DNA of 64,000 nt from Eledone cirrhosa (GCA_964016885.1 OZ024741.1:216690001-216754000), one strand, 5' to 3'; shown: positions 1-14,021, numbered from the stretch's first letter. Translations and numbers: made by a program. The notes: a model not told the origin generated them from the letters alone.

Positions 1-154
1 TTTTTCTCATTTCACTACTACAATGTTACTTTACCTTCTTTTTGCCATAATTACAATTAGCACGCTTTTCTCTTTGCATGTATGTATATTTTTGTACGAG
101 TGTATATTGATGTGTATGTATGTGTCTATGTACACATATATGTGTATATATATT

Positions 155-229
<75 letters not shown>

Positions 230-585
230 AGATATATGCGTATATTAATTCGTTAACCTCTGTATTAACTCTACAACTATTGAGCTTTGACAGTGGTCCC
301 ACTCATGTATACTGTTGAAGATGAAGAGAAAGACTGTAAAAACTAGCTTATCTTTATAATTTAAAATTGATACACACTACGATACTTTTTGCCTTATGAC
401 AGCTGGTTTTCACGCCGTAACATTAGATACATTATATACCCGCCACCTAAGTAATGTCAGGGTCTCCTTAAATAGTTTATTGATAGCATTGTTGTAATAA
501 TTGTTGTTGTTATTGTTCTAATTGAATGCCATAACTACTCCATATTTTCTTTTCTTTTCTTGCCTGTGTATTTTCTTCATTCTCG

Positions 586-698
586 CATGCTCCGAAGATC
601 TGACTGGTTATAATTCTGTATTGGCGATCGAGTGACGCAAAATTAGGCGGATAGCGATCTATAGACATACCAGTTCAGTGAAACAAATGTAAGCTATG
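586..698 (+). ncRNA. Type I hammerhead-like motif, core variant CCGAAGA, long stem II
   Basis: catgct-CCGAAGA-t-ctgactggt...accagttcag-t-GAAA-caaatg-TA-agctatg, followed by attaaa. U4C core variant, so activity is uncertain. Confidence 0.55.
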
Positions 699-746
699 TG
701 ATTAAAAACTTTTTAGTATAGCAAACCATGTAAACCTTCTTTCCTG

Positions 747-791
<45 letters not shown>

Positions 792-1065
792 ACAAAGAAT
801 AATGTTCTGGGAAGACAAACTCTTCCGTAATTTAGTAACTATTCATTGTTAAAGTTGAAAGAAAATATTAAATAATGGACGACTTCCGGTATTTTCAACA
901 AACGACCGGAACTTTCTACTAGAGCACATCATTCTTTCGTATCTCAGCTTCCGGTTACTTCCTTAGTCTTTATATCACAACCAATATACACACACACTGT
1001 CGTATAAGCAGGCTCCCACACAGACGTGTACACATTAAAACATACATACTTACACACATACATAA

Positions 1066-1096
<31 letters not shown>

Positions 1097-1474
1097 CATA
1101 CATTGATACTACATTCATACAGATATACATACATACATAAGCACTTATATACATGCATACATATATACATACATATATACATACATATATAAATATATAC
1201 ATATATAAATACATACATATATAAATACATACATATATAAATACATACATAAGCACTTATATACTTATATACTTACATACATAAGCACTTATATACATAC
1301 ATAACATTACAGACTCTTCGTGCAAGGCTGTTGGTGTCCCCAGTTTGGGATGACATCAGGTAAGGTCAACAATGAGGTCACGAGAGAATCTGGGTATGCA
1401 TGTGGATGTGTTTAAAGTGTGACGACGTGGGTTTGTCAATGAGAGGTCAAAAAGCAGGATGAAACTACAACCGA

Positions 1475-1582
<108 letters not shown>

Positions 1583-1901
1583 ATGTGTGTGAGTGTGTAT
1601 GTGTATGTGTGTATATATGTATATATATATGTGTGTATGTGTGTGTGTCTGTGTGAGTGTCTTTGTGTGTGTGTGTATGTATGTATATATGTATATATAT
1701 ATATGTGTGTGTGTGTGTCAGTGTGTGTATGTATGAATATATGCATATATATATATACATATGTGTGTGTGTCAGCCGACTATGTTATTCTTCAATCTTT
1801 CACTATATATATATATATATATACATATATATACATATATATACATATATATACATATATATACATATATATACATGAGTGTCTTTGTGTGTGTGTGTAT
1901 G

Positions 1902-1950
<49 letters not shown>

Positions 1951-3136
1951 GTGTGTGTAAGACACATTACACTCACACACACACACATACACACACATAC
2001 ACACATACACACACACATGCAGACACATGCACAGACACAGACACACATACACAAATGCACACAAACACACACACATACACGTACCACGGCGATGGGTTTA
2101 CCAATTGTTCAAACAACCGAAAATCCCTTCACTACATTTTCGTACATACATACTCATTGATATATTCACACACATATTTACACACACATACACACGTTCA
2201 CGTACACACACATATGTTTCATATACATACTAACACACGCTCTTGCATACAATGGTGTCATACTGAATCTCCCTGAGAATTACATTAAAACTACACGTGT
2301 CTGTGGAATGCTCAGCCACTTATACTATTATACAAAATAGACTTTGCCTAGAATTTAAACGTCCAGTCTTGTTATACACTGATGTCATGCTGAATCTCCC
2401 TGAGAATTGCGTTAAAAGTACACACGTCTGTGGAATGCTCTGCTCAGTTATAAGCGGGTTTATTTGACGAGCAGACTGTCTGAGGATCAGAACAGTCATC
2501 GTTGAAACTGACGTAACTTCTAACATAGATATTAGCCCTCCACTGGGATTTGTAACGAGAGACAACATATGTAAACATGGCCGATTCTTATGATAAAGGA
2601 CGCCGAAGTTACGTTAGCCAGACACTATCTTGTTAAATGGAATGCTATGTCAACAGAGAAAACCCATTTATCTCTCAGTTTTCTCACTAAAACTAACATT
2701 ATAGTATTCTCACAGTAAACCATGTTTTTCTTATACAAACGATCTTTCAAACTACAGCCTCTTGAGGAATATATATAATAATCTTTTTAAGGAAACATTT
2801 TCTTATAGTTGATGTTGTAAAAACTCCCTAATCCAAATTACGTCACAGACCACCCGTGACCCGTTGGGTCACGTTCACTTCAAAATATTCTTTTAAAAAT
2901 CATGTTCACTTAAAAGTAATTTTTGAATAATTAAAATTTACACAGACATGTATATAATGTGAAAAGAAACTGGAAGGCCCATATATGTACGTGTGTGTAT
3001 GTATATATATATAGATGTGTGTGTGTGTATACATATATATATGTATGTATGTGTGTGTATATATATGTGGGTGTCTGTGATCTATATACACTGGCCATAG
3101 ACACACACACATACATATATACACACACACTCACAC

Positions 3137-3171
<35 letters not shown>

Positions 3172-3289
3172 CACACACACAACAACACCACCAGCTCTTT
3201 CTATTTGTTTATGAAGGTAACCGTGTGTGTGAGTATGTGTATGTGTCTGTGTGCGAATGTATACATTTATATGTGTATATATATATATA

Positions 3290-3470
3290 TAAGTTTATCC
3301 CGGGTTCAATAGGGGGTAGCCACAGTAAGTAAGGTACTCAATACAAAGCAGAGTATAAATATTTAATATAGAAAGGCTTCTACAGGACTAGAACTGTTTC
3401 ATTCGGGAGAAATCATCATGATTTTTCCCGAATGAAACAGTTCTAGTCCTGTAGAAGCCTTTCTATATTA
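3290..3470. mobile_element. Fold-back PLE pseudo-LTR fragment in (TA)n
   Basis: Palindrome ~3365-3470 centred on catcatgat. The arms carry the 3' part of the hammerhead seen complete at 10992-11042. The left extension is shared with 10917-10990. Confidence 0.65.
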
Positions 3471-3478
3471 TATATATT

Positions 3479-3533
<55 letters not shown>

Positions 3534-3578
3534 ATACATATATATATATGTGTGTGCGTGCGTGTGTTTGTGTGTGTA

Positions 3579-3620
<42 letters not shown>

Positions 3621-3736
3621 ACCTTAGTGTTAAAGAAATATTATGTTTCTGGGACTGTTTCGTTCATGATGATTTTCTTACTAATGAAACAGATCTAGTC
3701 CTGTAAAAGTAATGTCTATATAGTCTATTATATATA

Positions 3737-3950
3737 CGAGGGTAAGTTGAAACGTTCATAAGCTGAGTATTAATGAGTGATGTTAGAGCTGTGTAATATT
3801 GCATGTATTAATTTTAACTCTTTTTCTTAATATCTGTAGTGTGTTTTTCTAGGTACTATATTGAAAAATAAACATCATTTGGTCATTCCATGAGAGTATC
3901 TTATTCAGCCTTTGGATTGTTTAGCCTATGAACTTTTCTGTCGACCCTCG
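3737..3950. mobile_element. Tc1/mariner-type MITE
   Basis: Imperfect TIRs CGAGGGT.AG.TGAAA.GTTCATA.GCTGA and TCAGCC/TTAGCCTATGAACTTTTC.GTCGACCCTCG, flanked by TA. A related single end lies at ~4808-4905. Confidence 0.6.
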
Positions 3951-4268
3951 TATATACGTGGAGAATGCTAGAAACATTAAGATTCCGTTTGCTGAACAAA
4001 TGCGCTGTAATGCAGTGAAGAAGTCTAGAGGCCATTGTAAGGTGTTAAAGTGTCTCTGAAACCTCAAGTGTGTCTCTCAAGTAGATTGGTCACAAACACT
4101 GTTACTTCAGGGACAGCAGTCGAGTACCGGCTTCCTTTAGGTCGCTAAACGTACGCCTAAATACCTACATACCTATATACCTATATACCGATATACACAC
4201 ACATACACATACACACATACACATACACACATACACACACATACACATACACACACACATACACACAT

Positions 4269-4355
<87 letters not shown>

Positions 4356-4408
4356 ACTCTCAAGCGTGAACCTAATATTAACACTTTGTGTTTTCTGTTC
4401 TGTTTTAG

Positions 4409-4476
<68 letters not shown>

Positions 4477-4611
4477 TCACACATCCAAGTATATATGTGT
4501 GAGTATGATTATGTATATATGTGTGTGTGTGTGTGTGTAAAAGTAATAACAAAAATAACAAAACAAACGGCACAATATGTATTAGTTTAACGCTTGAAAT
4601 AGCAAGACGAG

Positions 4612-4647
4612 TCTTAACGTTTCGGTCATTAGTCTTTCATCAGAAGA
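4612..4647 (-). ncRNA. Minimal hammerhead-like motif (degenerate stem II)
   Basis: Minus strand reads tctt-CTGATGA-aagactaatgacc-GAAA-cg-TT-aaga. Palindromic AACGTT replaces stem III, as in minimal PLE HHRs. Confidence 0.5.
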
Positions 4648-5639
4648 TAGAGTTAGAAATAGAAGATAAATAGAAAGTAAAGAGTGATGGGAGGAAGGAA
4701 CGAGGAAAATGAGATAAAAGTAATTGGAGAGAAAAATATACACGCGCGTAATCAGTCGAACATCTTGGAGAGTTTCTCGTATATATATATATATATATAT
4801 ATATAAATACGAGTTTCGGCTGAAAAGTTCCTAGACTGCCCAAAACTAAGATGCTCCCATGGAATAACCAAATGAGGTTTATCTTTTTTCACCATAGTCC
4901 CTGAAATAAACAATGCAGTTATCAATAAAAAAAGAGTTGAAATGAATGCATGTAAGATTTCACTGCTCTAGCATTCGGTATTATTGAATAGTCATTTCTA
5001 TCAACCACATACGGATATATATATATATAGAAAGGAACGATCGACTTTTCGTCAAATCGGACCTAGGGAACAATGTTTCCGTTGGTCTTTCCAATTGCTA
5101 ATACTATCTATCGGTCGCAACTCCAGGTAGAAGGAGCAACGTGAAATAAAGTGTCTTGCTTAAGGACATAACGCATCGCCTTGTCCAGGAATCGTATATT
5201 TAAAAACTAGAAAGAAGGTGTGTGTGTGTATGTATGTATATGTATCGTCAGCAACGTATACCTTCCTGCCAGATTGTTGAACGTATATACTTACCTTATG
5301 CATATTAACGGCTGAGTAGTCCAATTTGCATATCGAGTGGGTTAATCGGCCGGGTGCACCGAAAACGATAAACGGAGAAAATGAAACGATATTTCATTTC
5401 CCACTCTTAGTACGGCTGTTACTTAAATATAAGTATGTACACGTACATACATATATGTATACCGACGTACAGTAGTATGTATATATATATATACATACAT
5501 GCACACATATATATATATGCACGTATGGATTCACCGAACATTTATTATAATGCTCGGTGTGTTTGTAAACAAACATCCCGTATTAAGCCGTAGTGTCTAG
5601 CAACCACCGTTGCTCGTTTGTTCAACACTGACAAAGGAA

Positions 5640-5680
5640 CGCTGTACTAGTTTCAAGCTTGTTAGCTATCGTCAGCAACG
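5640..5680 (-). ncRNA. Type I hammerhead ribozyme
   Basis: cgttg-CTGACGA-t-agct-aaca-agct-t-GAAA-ctag-TA-cagcg: canonical core, GUA triplet, palindromic CUAG stem III. Confidence 0.85.
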
Positions 5681-6061
5681 TATACCTTTCTGCCAGATTG
5701 TTGAACGTATATACTTACCTTATGCATATTAACGGCTGAGTAGCCCAATTTGCATATCGAGTGGGTTAATCGGCCGGGTGCACCGAAAACGATAAGCGGA
5801 AAAAATGAAACGATATTTCATTTCCCACTCTTAGTACGGCTGTTACTTAAATATAAGTATGTACACGTACATACATATATGTATACCGACGTACAGTAGT
5901 ATGTATATATATATATACATACATGCACACATATATATATGCACGTATGGATTCACCGAACATTTATTATAATGCTCGGTGTGTTTGTAAACAAACATCC
6001 CGTATTAAGCCGTAGTGTCTAGCAACCACCGTTGCTCGTTTGTTCAACACTGACAAAGGAA

Positions 6062-6102
6062 CGCTGTACTAGTTTCAAGCTTGTTAGCTATCGTCAGCAA
6101 CG
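6062..6102 (-). ncRNA. Type I hammerhead ribozyme
   Basis: Identical to 5640-5680. Confidence 0.85.
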
Positions 6103-6516
6103 TATACCTTCCTGCCAGATTGTTGAACGTATATACTTACCTTATGCATATTAACGGCTGAGTAGCCCAATTTGCATATCGAGTGGGTTAATCGGCCGGG
6201 TGCACCGAAAACGATAAACGGAAAAAATGAAACGATATTTCATTTCCCACTCTTAGTACGGCTGTTACTTAAATATAAGTATGTACACGTACATACATAT
6301 ATGTATACCGACGTACAGTAGTATGTATATATATATATACATACATGCACACATATATATATGCACGTATGGGAAATGAAATATCGTTTCATTTTTTCCG
6401 TTTATCGTTTTCGGTGCACCCGGCCGATTAACCCACTCGATATGCAAATTGGACTACTCAGCCGTTAATATGCATAAGGTAAGTATATACGTTCAACAAT
6501 CTGGCAGGAAGGTATA

Positions 6517-6557
6517 CGTTGCTGACGATAGCTAACAAGCTTGAAACTAGTACAGCG
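6517..6557 (+). ncRNA. Type I hammerhead ribozyme
   Basis: Same motif in the inverted unit. Confidence 0.85.
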
Positions 6558-6698
6558 TTCCTTTGTCAGTGTTGAACAAACGAGCAACGGTGGTTGCTAG
6601 ACACTACGGCTTAATACGGGATGTTTGTTTACAAACACACCGAGCATTATAATAAATGTTCGGTGAATCCATACGTGCATATATATATGTGTGCATGC

Positions 6699-6729
<31 letters not shown>

Positions 6730-6771
6730 CTACTGTACGTCGGTATACATATATGTATGTACGTGTACATA

Positions 6772-6819
<48 letters not shown>

Positions 6820-7413
6820 AGGGTGTTAAAGTTTGCTTGAAGCATTGTGAAATGTGTAAAATACGTAGTTTAGAAAGCCACAACAATGCAGAGGGAAATC
6901 TCGAGGTAGGAAGTGAATGATAGATAAGAGAAATAGGAGAAAGTGAAAATTGAGAGAGACAAAGATGAAAACAAAACAAAGGTAGAAGGGTTACCGTAGT
7001 GGAGATTTAATCCCAATATTTCTGGCTCACGCCCATCAACGGGGGAAAGTTCCAAAAGGGGGGGAACAAGCCAAGCGGAGAAAGTTGTGATGTCGTTAAA
7101 ACAGGAATGCCGTTATGGGGAGAAAATTATTTAAAATTTAAAAGAGGGAAAGAATGCGCGTGCGCGCGATAGGCTGTGGCAAAAGCTACTGACCAAATGG
7201 GTTAAATCAAGAACTTTCGTTGATGGGCGTGAGCCCGAAATATTGGGATTAAATCTCCACTACGGTAACCCTTCTACCTTTGTTTTGTTTTCATCTTTGT
7301 CTCTCTCAATTTTCACTTTCTCCTATTTCTCTTATCTATCATTCACTTCCTACCTCGAGATTTCCCTCTGCATTGTTGTGGCTTTCTAAACTACGTATTT
7401 TACACATTTCACA

Positions 7414-10053
7414 ATGCTTCAAGCAAACTTTAACACCCTCTTATCATTACACCTGAGCCAGGACTTGTTTGCACCCATAATGGACCTATTCAGACTATAG
7501 GAGAATCGTGCCAAACTCGGTTGCCAAATTACCTTCTTAAAACGCTGCCTAAAGAACAACATCATTCCAACCACCATCAGGAATATACATCTACCCGAAT
7601 GTTTACGATCACCATCCTTCGAAAACACCATCCGCCACATTCAACGCACGTTTATCAAGAAAATACTACGACACAACCACCACCAACTGTGACTCCTTAT
7701 ACAAACGCTTTCCAAGCACATAGATCGTATAGCTCCAACCCTCACCCCTGACCACCAGGTCCAGGAAATACGCAAAGCTATCGATCAGTGTTACCACACC
7801 AGAGTCAAATATGATAAACAGCGCCTTATACGGAAATACGAATGGACTGTAAACAAATACTACAATGACAACATCCGCTCCCACAGACGGACCGACTACA
7901 ACCACACCAGGGGCAACAGCTATACAACACCCTCCGCTACACCCCCCAACATCGATCTACCTACCAACGATGCTTCACACCTCGTTACCGACCTAACCGG
8001 TACCCTCACCAACGACGGACTCGAACTTCTGCGCCTCGGACCCAAGTTCATCATTACACAGCGTCTCGATGATAGACTGAAACTCGACATCGAAACCAAC
8101 TTCTGTCGGACAGCATATCAACTGAAATGGCTAACCGCCATCCAAAACAACACCGAGATCGATTACAACCCCACAACCCACCCCACACTCCCCACGTATC
8201 ACCTCGACAACCCACTCCACCCCCACCCACCAACCACGAACTTGACACTAAACTACTCAGGTTGAAACATTCTATCTCTAACATCCTTTCCCAACACACA
8301 CACACACACAATAAACGCAACCTCACCAATGCACAATTTAATACTCTCACCAACCTAAGATCCAGGAACCTTGTGTACCTTCCCTCTGACAAGGGGAAAG
8401 AATTCTGTGTCATCTCGAGAGAGACCTACAACAACTTAGCTCTCCAACATCTTAATGACCACAGCCTCTACTCGAAAGTCACAGGGACCTCCTCGACTCT
8501 AATCGAGAAAGGCATTAACACCATATGGACTAACATCTGTGTCCAACGAAAACTGCCAAAGAAGGTAAAAAACAACATAATGACTCGAAACAGCAAACTA
8601 CCCACCTTCTACCACCTGGTTAAAACACATAAACAAGGACCCGATTTGAAAATCAGGCCCATTGTCTCTAGCGTGGAGGGCCCACTCTACAAAATATCGT
8701 GGCTGCTCTCCACACTACTGAAACCCATTCTACACACACTACCAGCCCACGTCTGCAGCCCAAAGGAGGTCTTGGAGCGACTACACCATCTGGCGCCCAA
8801 CACCAGAAAGGACAACGGTTATGCCTTCAGTCTTGATGTGGTCGCCCTTTATACCTCCGTACCAGCATCCCCAGCTGTCGACCTGTTGACCGAACGAGTC
8901 CGAGCATCTAACTTACACTGCTTCGGACTCACACACATGGACATCCACCAACTCCTCTCCTTCGTTGTGGATAATGCACTCTTCAATTTCCTCGGCCACA
9001 CGTACAAACAAATCTCTGGGCTACCTATGGGCTCTAGTCTGTCCGGCATACTTGCGATCTCGTACATGGACCGCCTGGAACGCAAGGCACTCAATACCTG
9101 CCAACCCAACGCCGTCGCTGTTCTACTCCAGATACGTTGATGACATCCTGATACTTACTTCTTCCCGGGAGATGGCGAATGAAATTCACCAAATCTTCAA
9201 CGATACTGACCATCACGTCGATTTCACCATCGAACACCCAGGAGAAGACGGGTCACTCGCCCTCCTCGACTTCCGTATCAACATCTCGGAAGAAGGAGAC
9301 ATAAACACCACCTTCTACCGCAAAGCAGCGTGCAAGGACTTATTTGTGCATTACAACTCAGCCCTCCCCAACAACGCTAAAAGAGGCTATGTCCTAAATG
9401 AACTGACACGGATCACTAACAGATGCAGCGACCCGATGGGTGGTCTCACCCATACCACGCAATTCCGTAATCTACTCAGGTCTAATGGTTATCCCAAGCG
9501 ACTGATTAACGGAATTAGAGACCCCAGACCCAGTAGACAGACACCCACTAGAAACTTAAATAAAAGCAGGTGCTTCTTTAAAATCCCCCACCTGAGTGAA
9601 TATACCACGAACGCCATCCGCAGGGCCATACGGACGGAGGGACTTGACATACATTTGGCCCACACAGGACCTTCGCTGCGAAGATGCCTCTCCAACAAAC
9701 TCGACGAGTCAGATGGGACGTGTTCCCTCAGCAACTGCCCGATACGGGGGGCAGATTGCCTACGCACCTATGTCGTATATAAGATTCAATGCGATAAATG
9801 TAACAAGTTTTACATAGGTAGCACCATCCGACCCCTACATGTTCGTATCAAGGAACATATCAACACCAACGCATCTTCCTTCCGTAAACACATCCTTAAA
9901 TGCGGAAACCCATAGGGTAGACCCTTGGTCACAGTCCTAGCGACTGAACGCAGCATCGGATCCTTAAGGATAAAGGAAGCACTTGTTATTAAGAACCTCA
10001 GACCCCCACTTAACAACCGGGCTGAGAGAAATGAGCTGACATGGCTAACTTAA
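7414..10053 (+). pseudogene. PLE reverse transcriptase + GIY-YIG endonuclease, disrupted
   Basis: Motifs KTHK..IRPIVS, SLDVVALYTSVP, QISGLPMGS, RYVDD, LLDF and VVYKIQC..C..FYIGST.R.L..RIKEH. In-frame stops at 7498 and 9913, plus frameshifts (e.g. ~9110). Confidence 0.9.
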
Positions 10054-10660
10054 CCATAGTGACCATTCAGACCCCTTTACGGCCTGCTATTTTCACACAC
10101 ACGCACGTATATGCATACCCATACGCATACACACACACATCTATATTTATACACGCACACATGTTTTTACAACCTACCACCTTTCACACCCTTTGATTTC
10201 CAGCTTCTACAGCCCACTATCTTTCACACACACACGCACTCACACATATACACACACAGTTACACACACATGTATACCCATACGCTTACACACACACATC
10301 TATATTTATACACGCACACACGTTTTACAACCTACCACCTTTCACACCCTTTGATTTCCAGCTTCTACAGCCCACTATCTTTCACACACACACACACACT
10401 CACACATATACACACTTACACATATACACACAGTTACACACACATATATATTTACACACACATATTTTACGGCTTTCACACGCTAGCGCACCGTCTTGAT
10501 TTAACCCATTTGGTCAGTAGCTTTTGCCACAGCCTATCACGCGCACGCGCATTCTTTCCCGCTTTTAAATTTTAAATAATTTTCTCCCCATAACGGCATT
10601 CCTGTTTTAACGACATCACAACTTTCTCCGCTTGGCCTGTTTTCCCCCCTTTTGGAACTT

Positions 10661-10696
10661 TCCCCCGTTGATGCGCGTGAGCCCGAAATATTGGGA
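10661..10696 (+). ncRNA. Minimal hammerhead variant (core CCGUUGA) in PLE pLTR; copies at 7011-7046 (-) and ~7218-7248 (+)
   Basis: tccc-CCGTTGA-t-g(g/c)gc-GTGA-gccc-GAAA-ta-TT-ggga, with a GNRA-capped stem II and palindromic AATATT. Confidence 0.6.
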
Positions 10697-10843
10697 TTAA
10701 ATCTCCACTACGGTAACCCTTCTACCTTGGTTTTGTTTTCATCTTTGTCTCTCTCAATTTTCACTTTCTCCTATTTCTCTTATCTATCATTCACTTCCTA
10801 CCTCGAGATTTCCCTCTGCATTGTTGTGGCTTTCTAAACTACG

Positions 10844-10917
<74 letters not shown>

Positions 10918-10991
10918 CGGGTTGGATCAGGGGTAACCACAGTAAGTAAGGTACTCAATACATAGCAGAGTAAAAAATGTTAATATAGATG

Positions 10992-11042
10992 AGATTCTAC
11001 AGGACTAGAACTGTTTCATTCTTTAGAAATCATCAGGAATCT
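10992..11042 (-). ncRNA. Type I hammerhead ribozyme in a PLE-like 3' end (10917-11470)
   Basis: agattc-CTGATGA-t-ttc-taaa-gaa-t-GAAA-cag-ttctagtc-ctg-TA-gaatct. Confidence 0.8.
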
Positions 11043-11777
11043 GGCTTTCCAAAATAAATGTTGTGGTATTTATATCTTTTCAGGTGGTAGGAGAGGGTGG
11101 GAGGGGGAGGGGCGGAGGTCATTGGTTGAAAGAAAAGGGAATTCATTAAAAGCTAATTCTTTAAGGCTATAATTTATATTTAGAGTGACAAAGGCAGAAA
11201 GAATTCTATAAACGTGTTCAGAATGGAGTGCCTCTCCTTATTTTTAAGTTTCTCTTAAGCTAACAATGCCTATATTTCAGGTGTCTATAAGATCGTTGGG
11301 GGGTCGGTCATGGTTGGTGGATTTAAAGAAAAGGGAAATTCTTTTAAAGCTAATTCTTTAAAGCTCTACTTAGAGTGACAAAGGCAGAGAGAATTCTATA
11401 AACCGGTTCAAAATATTGGGTGCCTGTCATATCATTATTGTTTCTCTTAAGCTATATTCCAGGTGTCAACCGACACATTCACATACACACACACACATAT
11501 ATATATATATTTATATATAAATACAATATCGGAGAAAGCTTTTTAGCAATACTCCGGCCAAATTCCAACTCACTCAACAAACATTAGGAAATAAGTGATT
11601 ATATTTCCAATTATGCGTTCGGGGTGCTAACTAAAAGTATTGCGTGGAAAGTTGGCTGTATTATTTCAAATGAGACATATCTAATATATCTCTTCCCAGA
11701 CAGACGTCTCGTTACATTATAGGACTCCTACAATTTGGGTGAAATTATACCAATTTAAGTAGGAGCTTGTATACCAT

Positions 11778-11841
<64 letters not shown>

Positions 11842-12742
11842 ATGTATATATATATATAGTGAGTGTATGTGTGTATATATATATATATACATACACATAC
11901 ACTCACATACACACACACACATATATATATATACATATATTTACATACATACACACACCTACTTCTTTCTAATTTTTATATTTAAAAACTAGAAAGAAGG
12001 TGTGTGTGTATGTATGTATATGTATATATATATATATATGTGTGTGTGTATGTATGTATGTATATAAAAAAGTTCATGTATATATACATACACAGACCTC
12101 CCCCCTCACCCACACACATATATATATACATACATGATGGCTGCCCCCTCGTTATCGAGTATGGCCATTGCACGAGGAGAAAAAAAAATATTAATAAATA
12201 AAAAATAAAATAAAATAAAAAAAATATATATATATATATACACACACATATACACACACACACACATATATATACATCAATAACAATAATAATAATAATA
12301 ATAACAACAACAATAATAATAACGACAACAACAATAAAAATATACATACAATCACACACACACACACACGCACACACACATATATACTGTTAGGTTTAGC
12401 CAAGCTTCTAGCCTTTAGCGCTGTTTTCAATCGTCAGACGTCACATCTCCTTTCATATCCTCCATGCAATTGAATATTCGCAAATTCCTTTTCATTATTG
12501 TTTATATAGTTACAACAACGATATTGTTACAACTTCTATTACTCCTTACTAACACTGCTGGCATAGTCAACAAAGGACCTTCTATACACCAGCCAGTCCA
12601 CCTGCTAGAAATGGCACCCAACGGCGTGCGTTGATCAAGTTACTCTCAACTCTTTATTATTTAACCCATTTAATACCAAACTGCCTGAACCCGCCCTCTT
12701 CTTGGTTCTCAAATGCAAAGCTGTTTGTTTTACATTATTCAA

Positions 12743-12925
12743 CTGGCAGTATCGGTAGAGAGTCGGACGCTATGCTTTCCAGCATAGAGTTACGTCCCTT
12801 TACGGACGGAGTTCAAATCCCGCCGAGGTTAACTTTGCCTTTCATCCTTACGGGGTCGATAAAATAAAGTATCAGTAATGTACTGGGTATTTGCTGACCT
12901 TGTGCCAAAAGTAGAAACAATTATT
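12743..12925 (+). mobile_element. tRNA-derived SINE (Meta-domain-like core)
   Basis: A box TGGCAGTATCGG, B box GAGTTCAAATCC, core GCCTTTCATCCTTACGGGGTCGATAAA, and an ATT tail. About 16 full or partial copies occur in the window. Confidence 0.8.
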
Positions 12926-13074
12926 CATATTAATCTAAAAATCTTCTGTCATGATTTTTTCGTAAGAACTTTTGTTAAGTAATGTCTCAAAACCAGCTTA
13001 ATACGAAGAAAATGATATTACTAAATCCTCTCAAATCCTTGAGTGTTTTCAAAATTATTTGAAAATTATAAATA

Positions 13075-13262
13075 ATTGTTTCTACTTTAGGCACAAGGCC
13101 AGCAATTACCCAGTGCATTACTGGTACTTTATTTTATCGACCCCGTAAGGATGAAAGGCAAAGTCAACCTCGGCGGGATTTGAACTCAGATCGTAAAGGG
13201 ACGTAACTATGCTGGAAATCATGGCGTCCGACCCTCTACCGATACTGCCAATCCAACGCCTA
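13075..13262 (-). mobile_element. tRNA-derived SINE, same family
   Basis: Reverse complement of the 12743-12925 family. Confidence 0.8.
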
Positions 13263-13440
13263 AATTATAAATAATGTCTTTCATTATAGATATGAAATGT
13301 CTAAAATATAGAGGTTCTTAGATAAAATATAATTTTATCTAAGAACTTTTGTCAAATTATGTCCCAAACTCCAGCTTAACATGGAGAAATTTATATCGTT
13401 AAATCCCTCCAAACTCTTCATGATTTTAAAAATTATTAGG

Positions 13441-13627
13441 GCGGTGGATTGGCAGTATTATTAGAGGGTCGGACGCCATGCTTTGCAGCATCGAGTTATG
13501 GGCCTTTACGAGTTCAAAACCTACCGAGGTTAACTTTGCCTTCAATCCTTACGGGGTCGATAAAATAAAGTACCAGTAATGCACTGGGATAATTGCTGGC
13601 CTTGTGCCAAAAGTGGAAACAATTATT
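13441..13627 (+). mobile_element. tRNA-derived SINE, same family
   Basis: A box, B box, core and tail present. Confidence 0.8.
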
Positions 13628-13824
13628 TTCAAAATTATTTGAAAATTATAGACTGTGTCTTTCGTTAGAAATATGGTCATGAAAGGGTTAAAATGTTTGT
13701 ATTTATCTACAAACCTTTCATAATAACTAAAAACATTTCTTAAGTTATGTCCCAAACACCAAATAAACCAAGAGAGTTTTTGTTATATTACTGAAATCTT
13801 TCCAATTCTTGATTATTTATATTA

Positions 13825-14008
13825 CAGACCTGTCAACTCTCCCCGTCCGACAGGGAGATCTCCCACCCATTTTGGGTGGGTGAGAGACGTCTTTTCTTGT
13901 GAAAATGGGTATAGCTTTCATTATGTAAAATCTCACCATTTTTCCCCATTTCTTCCCGTTTTGGAGCACTTTTTTTCGTATTTGGGTTTTTATAGGTTGA
14001 CAGGTCTG
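13825..14008. mobile_element. MITE with 13-bp TIR CAGACCTGTCAAC (hAT-like)
   Basis: Perfect TIRs. A second copy lies at 46142-46578. Confidence 0.7.
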
Positions 14009-14021
14009 TTATTAGAAATAT

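Larger units (their letters stand above)
5243..6775. mobile_element. Retrozyme-like tandem array: ~423-bp unit with one hammerhead per unit, 2.7 direct copies followed by an inverted copy
   Basis: atcgtcagc recurs at 5244, 5668 and 6090. Orientation switches at ~6371. No ORF. Confidence 0.8.
6817..10849 (+). mobile_element. Near full-length Penelope-like element with inverted 5' pseudo-LTR
   Basis: 6817-7212 is the reverse complement of ~10500-10849 plus the ORF start. A direct partial pLTR lies at 7218-7400. The element carries an RT + GIY-YIG ORF and has both ends in (TA)n. Confidence 0.93.

Noticed and set aside
12743-12830. tRNA genes at A/B-box matches
   Set aside because: No cloverleaf forms, and the matches are always fused to the SINE core and tail.
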